32,000 nt of DNA from Synechocystis sp. PCC 6803 substr. PCC-P (GTDB taxonomy: Bacteria > Cyanobacteriota > Cyanobacteriia > Cyanobacteriales > Microcystaceae), in assembly GCF_000284455.1 (NCBI RefSeq), contig NC_017039.1, positions 2,970,001 to 3,002,000 on the forward strand, written 5' to 3'. Below the pieces are notes generated by a model. The model was not told the DNA's origin. It saw only the letters and a program-made list of their open reading frames with translations, and did not search any database. Both the position numbers and the translations under genes were made by a program. How positions within the stretch are numbered: the stretch's first letter is position 1; every line of letters starts with the position of its first letter. Shown here piece by piece: positions 29,671 to 32,000 of the stretch.

Positions 29671-29863
29671 AAATATCTAGAGTTGCACTTTCTAAACAGA
29701 TTCTTAGAGTTGTGTGAAGAGAACTTTCTATTCATGCTCCGATAATATCGCCGCCAAGGATTAAGCTAGGGGATGCTTCGGACACAATTTTATGGATAGT
29801 TGTAGAGTGTGCTGAAAATTTCCGCCATTATCGCTCGCAAATTTAAAACTTAATTTAAAACTT

Positions 29864-30625
29864 TTGGAGGACACTGATTTGGAAAATATTGCCATTGTTG
29901 TTGTGGAGCCCCAGGGGGAAAGAAATGTAGGGGCGATCGCCAGAGCGATGAAGAATATGGGGTTGGAAGAATTAATTTTGGTCAATCCCCGTTGTGATTA
30001 TCGGAGCGTTGAGGCCCAAACCATGGCAGTCCATGCCAAAGACGTCCTCGCCCAAGCGAAGGTAGTGGATGATTTGGCCACAGCCCTTGGCGATCGCCAG
30101 CGCATCATTGCCACCAGTGCTAGGGAGCGAATATTGCAATCCCCCATGGAAACCCCCCGCCAAGCATTGCCTTGGTTGTTGGCTCCAAACCTCAAAAGCG
30201 CCCTAGTATTTGGTCGGGAAGACAGTGGCCTAACCAATGAGGAACTCAACCAAGCCCACCGTTTTGTGCGGATCCCAGTCCATCCCCAATATCCCTCGTT
30301 GAACCTTTCCCAAGCAGTGATGGTCTGTACTTATGAATTGTACCAAGCTAGCCTAGCCATGGAGACAAATAACCAAGTCCCTGGCGATCGCCTGGAGGAT
30401 GGGTCAACCATGCCCTTGGCCACCAATGCTCAATTGGATAGTTACTGTCAGCACCTGGAGAAAACTTTGCTCAATATCGAAGTTTTATATCCCCATACTG
30501 CCCGTAGTAAAATGGCGAAATTTCGCAGAATTTATCAGCGAGCCGCCCTAAACAGCGAAGAAGTGGCCCTATTGCGGGGAATTTTGGGCCAAATTGATTG
30601 GTTAGCGCAACAAATTAAGCCTTAA
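29864..30625 (+). CDS. SpoU/TrmJ-like tRNA/rRNA 2'-O-methyltransferase
   Basis: 253 aa; 'IVVVEPQGERNVGAIARAMKNMGLEELILVNP', 'ALVFGREDSGLTNEEL', 'YPSLNLSQAV'. Confidence 0.92.
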   Translation: MEDTDLENIAIVVVEPQGERNVGAIARAMKNMGLEELILVNPRCDYRSVEAQTMAVHAKDVLAQAKVVDDLATALGDRQRIIATSARERILQSPMETPRQALPWLLAPNLKSALVFGREDSGLTNEELNQAHRFVRIPVHPQYPSLNLSQAVMVCTYELYQASLAMETNNQVPGDRLEDGSTMPLATNAQLDSYCQHLEKTLLNIEVLYPHTARSKMAKFRRIYQRAALNSEEVALLRGILGQIDWLAQQIKP

Positions 30626-30793
30626 ATTAGTCATTCCGAGCAACCAAGGGGGGGATTGTGATGGCCTGGCCAATAAACTTTTGCCAAGTTCTTGTCCTGT
30701 ATGGGTGCTTCGTTTTAGAGTGTTGAACTAATGGAAAGGCCGCCCTCCCTAACGACCGATCCTCCTCTGGGTTAATGCCCCTCCAGCCTCACC

Positions 30794-32000
30794 ATGATTA
30801 CTTCCATGCCCCGCCGTCCTAAGTCTCGTCGCACCCAACGCCGTAATCTCCGGGTTATCTCCGGTACATCTACCCCCCCCACCGGCGTCACCATTGCTGA
30901 GGTTGGGGAACAGGCCGGTGCTTCCACAGAAATAAACCAAGAGCAGTCAAACCAAAAGCCAGGGGAAACCAAGGTCAACCCCCTGAAGGTTGTTAGCGCC
31001 ACCGGGGTTAAATCCGTAGCCAAGGGTAAAAATGTCGGCCTACGGCCCCGCAAACCCAGTAAACCCCTCAGTTGGTGGCAAAAGAGTGTGTTGACCTCTG
31101 TTCGCCTTGGCATTGTGGGTATTGGCATCGGGGCGATCGCCGGTACGGCCATTACCACCTTCAGTCCCACTAAATTTATCCGGGGAGACCAGAATGGTGC
31201 CCCCTTGGCCACTGCGAAAGAACCCCATCAAACCCAGCCGGACCAGCCAGCTATTTACCCCCAAAAGGTGTTAGCTTCCATTGCGGGTTGGGTCACCACT
31301 GAAACCGATAAATTGCGGGGAACACCGGCAACGGCCACACCAGAAGCGACAGAAAGTCAGGAAACGACCGTGGCCACTGCCCCCAGTGCTGTCTCTGACC
31401 AGGTTCAGCCTACCCAAGAGGATCAGGCCCTAACCCAAAAATTAACTACCCTGGGCACTTCCAAAGCTCCGGCCATTAATTCCTACTCCTATTTCATTGA
31501 TGTGGATAACGGCCAGTTCGCCAATGCCAAGGGAGAAACCCAACTCCCCGCCGCCAGCACCATTAAAATTCCCGTGGCGATCGCCTTTTTTGAAGCAGTG
31601 GACCAGGGCAAAATTCAACTCCACGAAGAACTGCCCCTAACGCAAGATGTGATTGTGGGGGAAGCGGGAACTATGCAATATGACGTGGGCAAACGCTCCA
31701 GCTATCCAGCCTTGGAGGTGGTGACCAAAATGATTGTGATCAGCGATAACACCGCCACCAATATGTTAATCAAACGGCTGGGGGGTAAGGAATTTCTCAA
31801 CCAACGCTTCCAGGCTTGGCAGATGCCCCAAACGAAAATTAATAATTACCTGCCGGATTTAGAAGGTACCAACACCACCAGTCCCCAGGATCTAGCTTTA
31901 TTGCTGGTCAAACTCCAGGGAGGGGAATTGTTATCCCTTAAATCCCGTGATCGCCTGTTGGGGATCATGCAACAGACCAAAACCCGCACCCTTTTACCCC
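30794..32000 (+). CDS. class A beta-lactamase-fold protein, membrane-anchored, truncated by the window end
   Basis: Open frame from ATG 30794 to the window end (absent from ORF track because no stop). 'PAASTIKIPVAIAF' (SxxK) and 'IVISDNTATNML' (SDN); N-terminal TM segment. Confidence 0.88.
   Translation, partial: MITSMPRRPKSRRTQRRNLRVISGTSTPPTGVTIAEVGEQAGASTEINQEQSNQKPGETKVNPLKVVSATGVKSVAKGKNVGLRPRKPSKPLSWWQKSVLTSVRLGIVGIGIGAIAGTAITTFSPTKFIRGDQNGAPLATAKEPHQTQPDQPAIYPQKVLASIAGWVTTETDKLRGTPATATPEATESQETTVATAPSAVSDQVQPTQEDQALTQKLTTLGTSKAPAINSYSYFIDVDNGQFANAKGETQLPAASTIKIPVAIAFFEAVDQGKIQLHEELPLTQDVIVGEAGTMQYDVGKRSSYPALEVVTKMIVISDNTATNMLIKRLGGKEFLNQRFQAWQMPQTKINNYLPDLEGTNTTSPQDLALLLVKLQGGELLSLKSRDRLLGIMQQTKTRTLLP

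Noticed and set aside
30772-31212. 146-aa ORF on the minus strand
   Set aside because: Antisense shadow of the beta-lactamase-fold gene; low-complexity translation and no family motif.

Overview
This 32 kb window is cyanobacterial chromosome. It carries frequent HIP1 octamers (GCGATCGC), rpaA, pcyA and a Raf1-like protein, and gene content and order resemble Synechocystis sp. PCC 6803 (from memory, not searched). Most of it is core or housekeeping: a 7TM-HD (PgpH-like) protein, VWA protein, Raf1-like Rubisco assembly factor, M20 amidohydrolase, CobL, RlmN, tRNA-Gly(GCC), an MscS channel, an SDR/CIA30 (HCF173-like) fusion, an ABC1 kinase, a histidine-kinase-like protein, ParA, a PP2C phosphatase, RpaA, PcyA, ThiC with a TPP riboswitch, a YihY-type membrane protein, a SpoU-type methylase and a class A beta-lactamase fold protein. 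A decayed IS701-like element lies between pcyA and thiC. The best candidate for an undescribed system is the AT-rich, HIP1-free segment at about 6.0-8.8 kb. It encodes a restriction-endonuclease-like domain fused to a ParA/MinD-type ATPase, translationally coupled (TAATG) to a protein with a C-terminal Rho_N/SAP-like module, next to a convergent orphan antitoxin-like ORF. Other leads are a histidine-kinase homologue lacking the H-box histidine and G1 motif, a ParA plus coiled-coil pair ending in a conserved-looking Trp, and a degenerate ATPase-like/MscS pair with overlapping ORFs. All family calls come from reading motifs; no searches were run.
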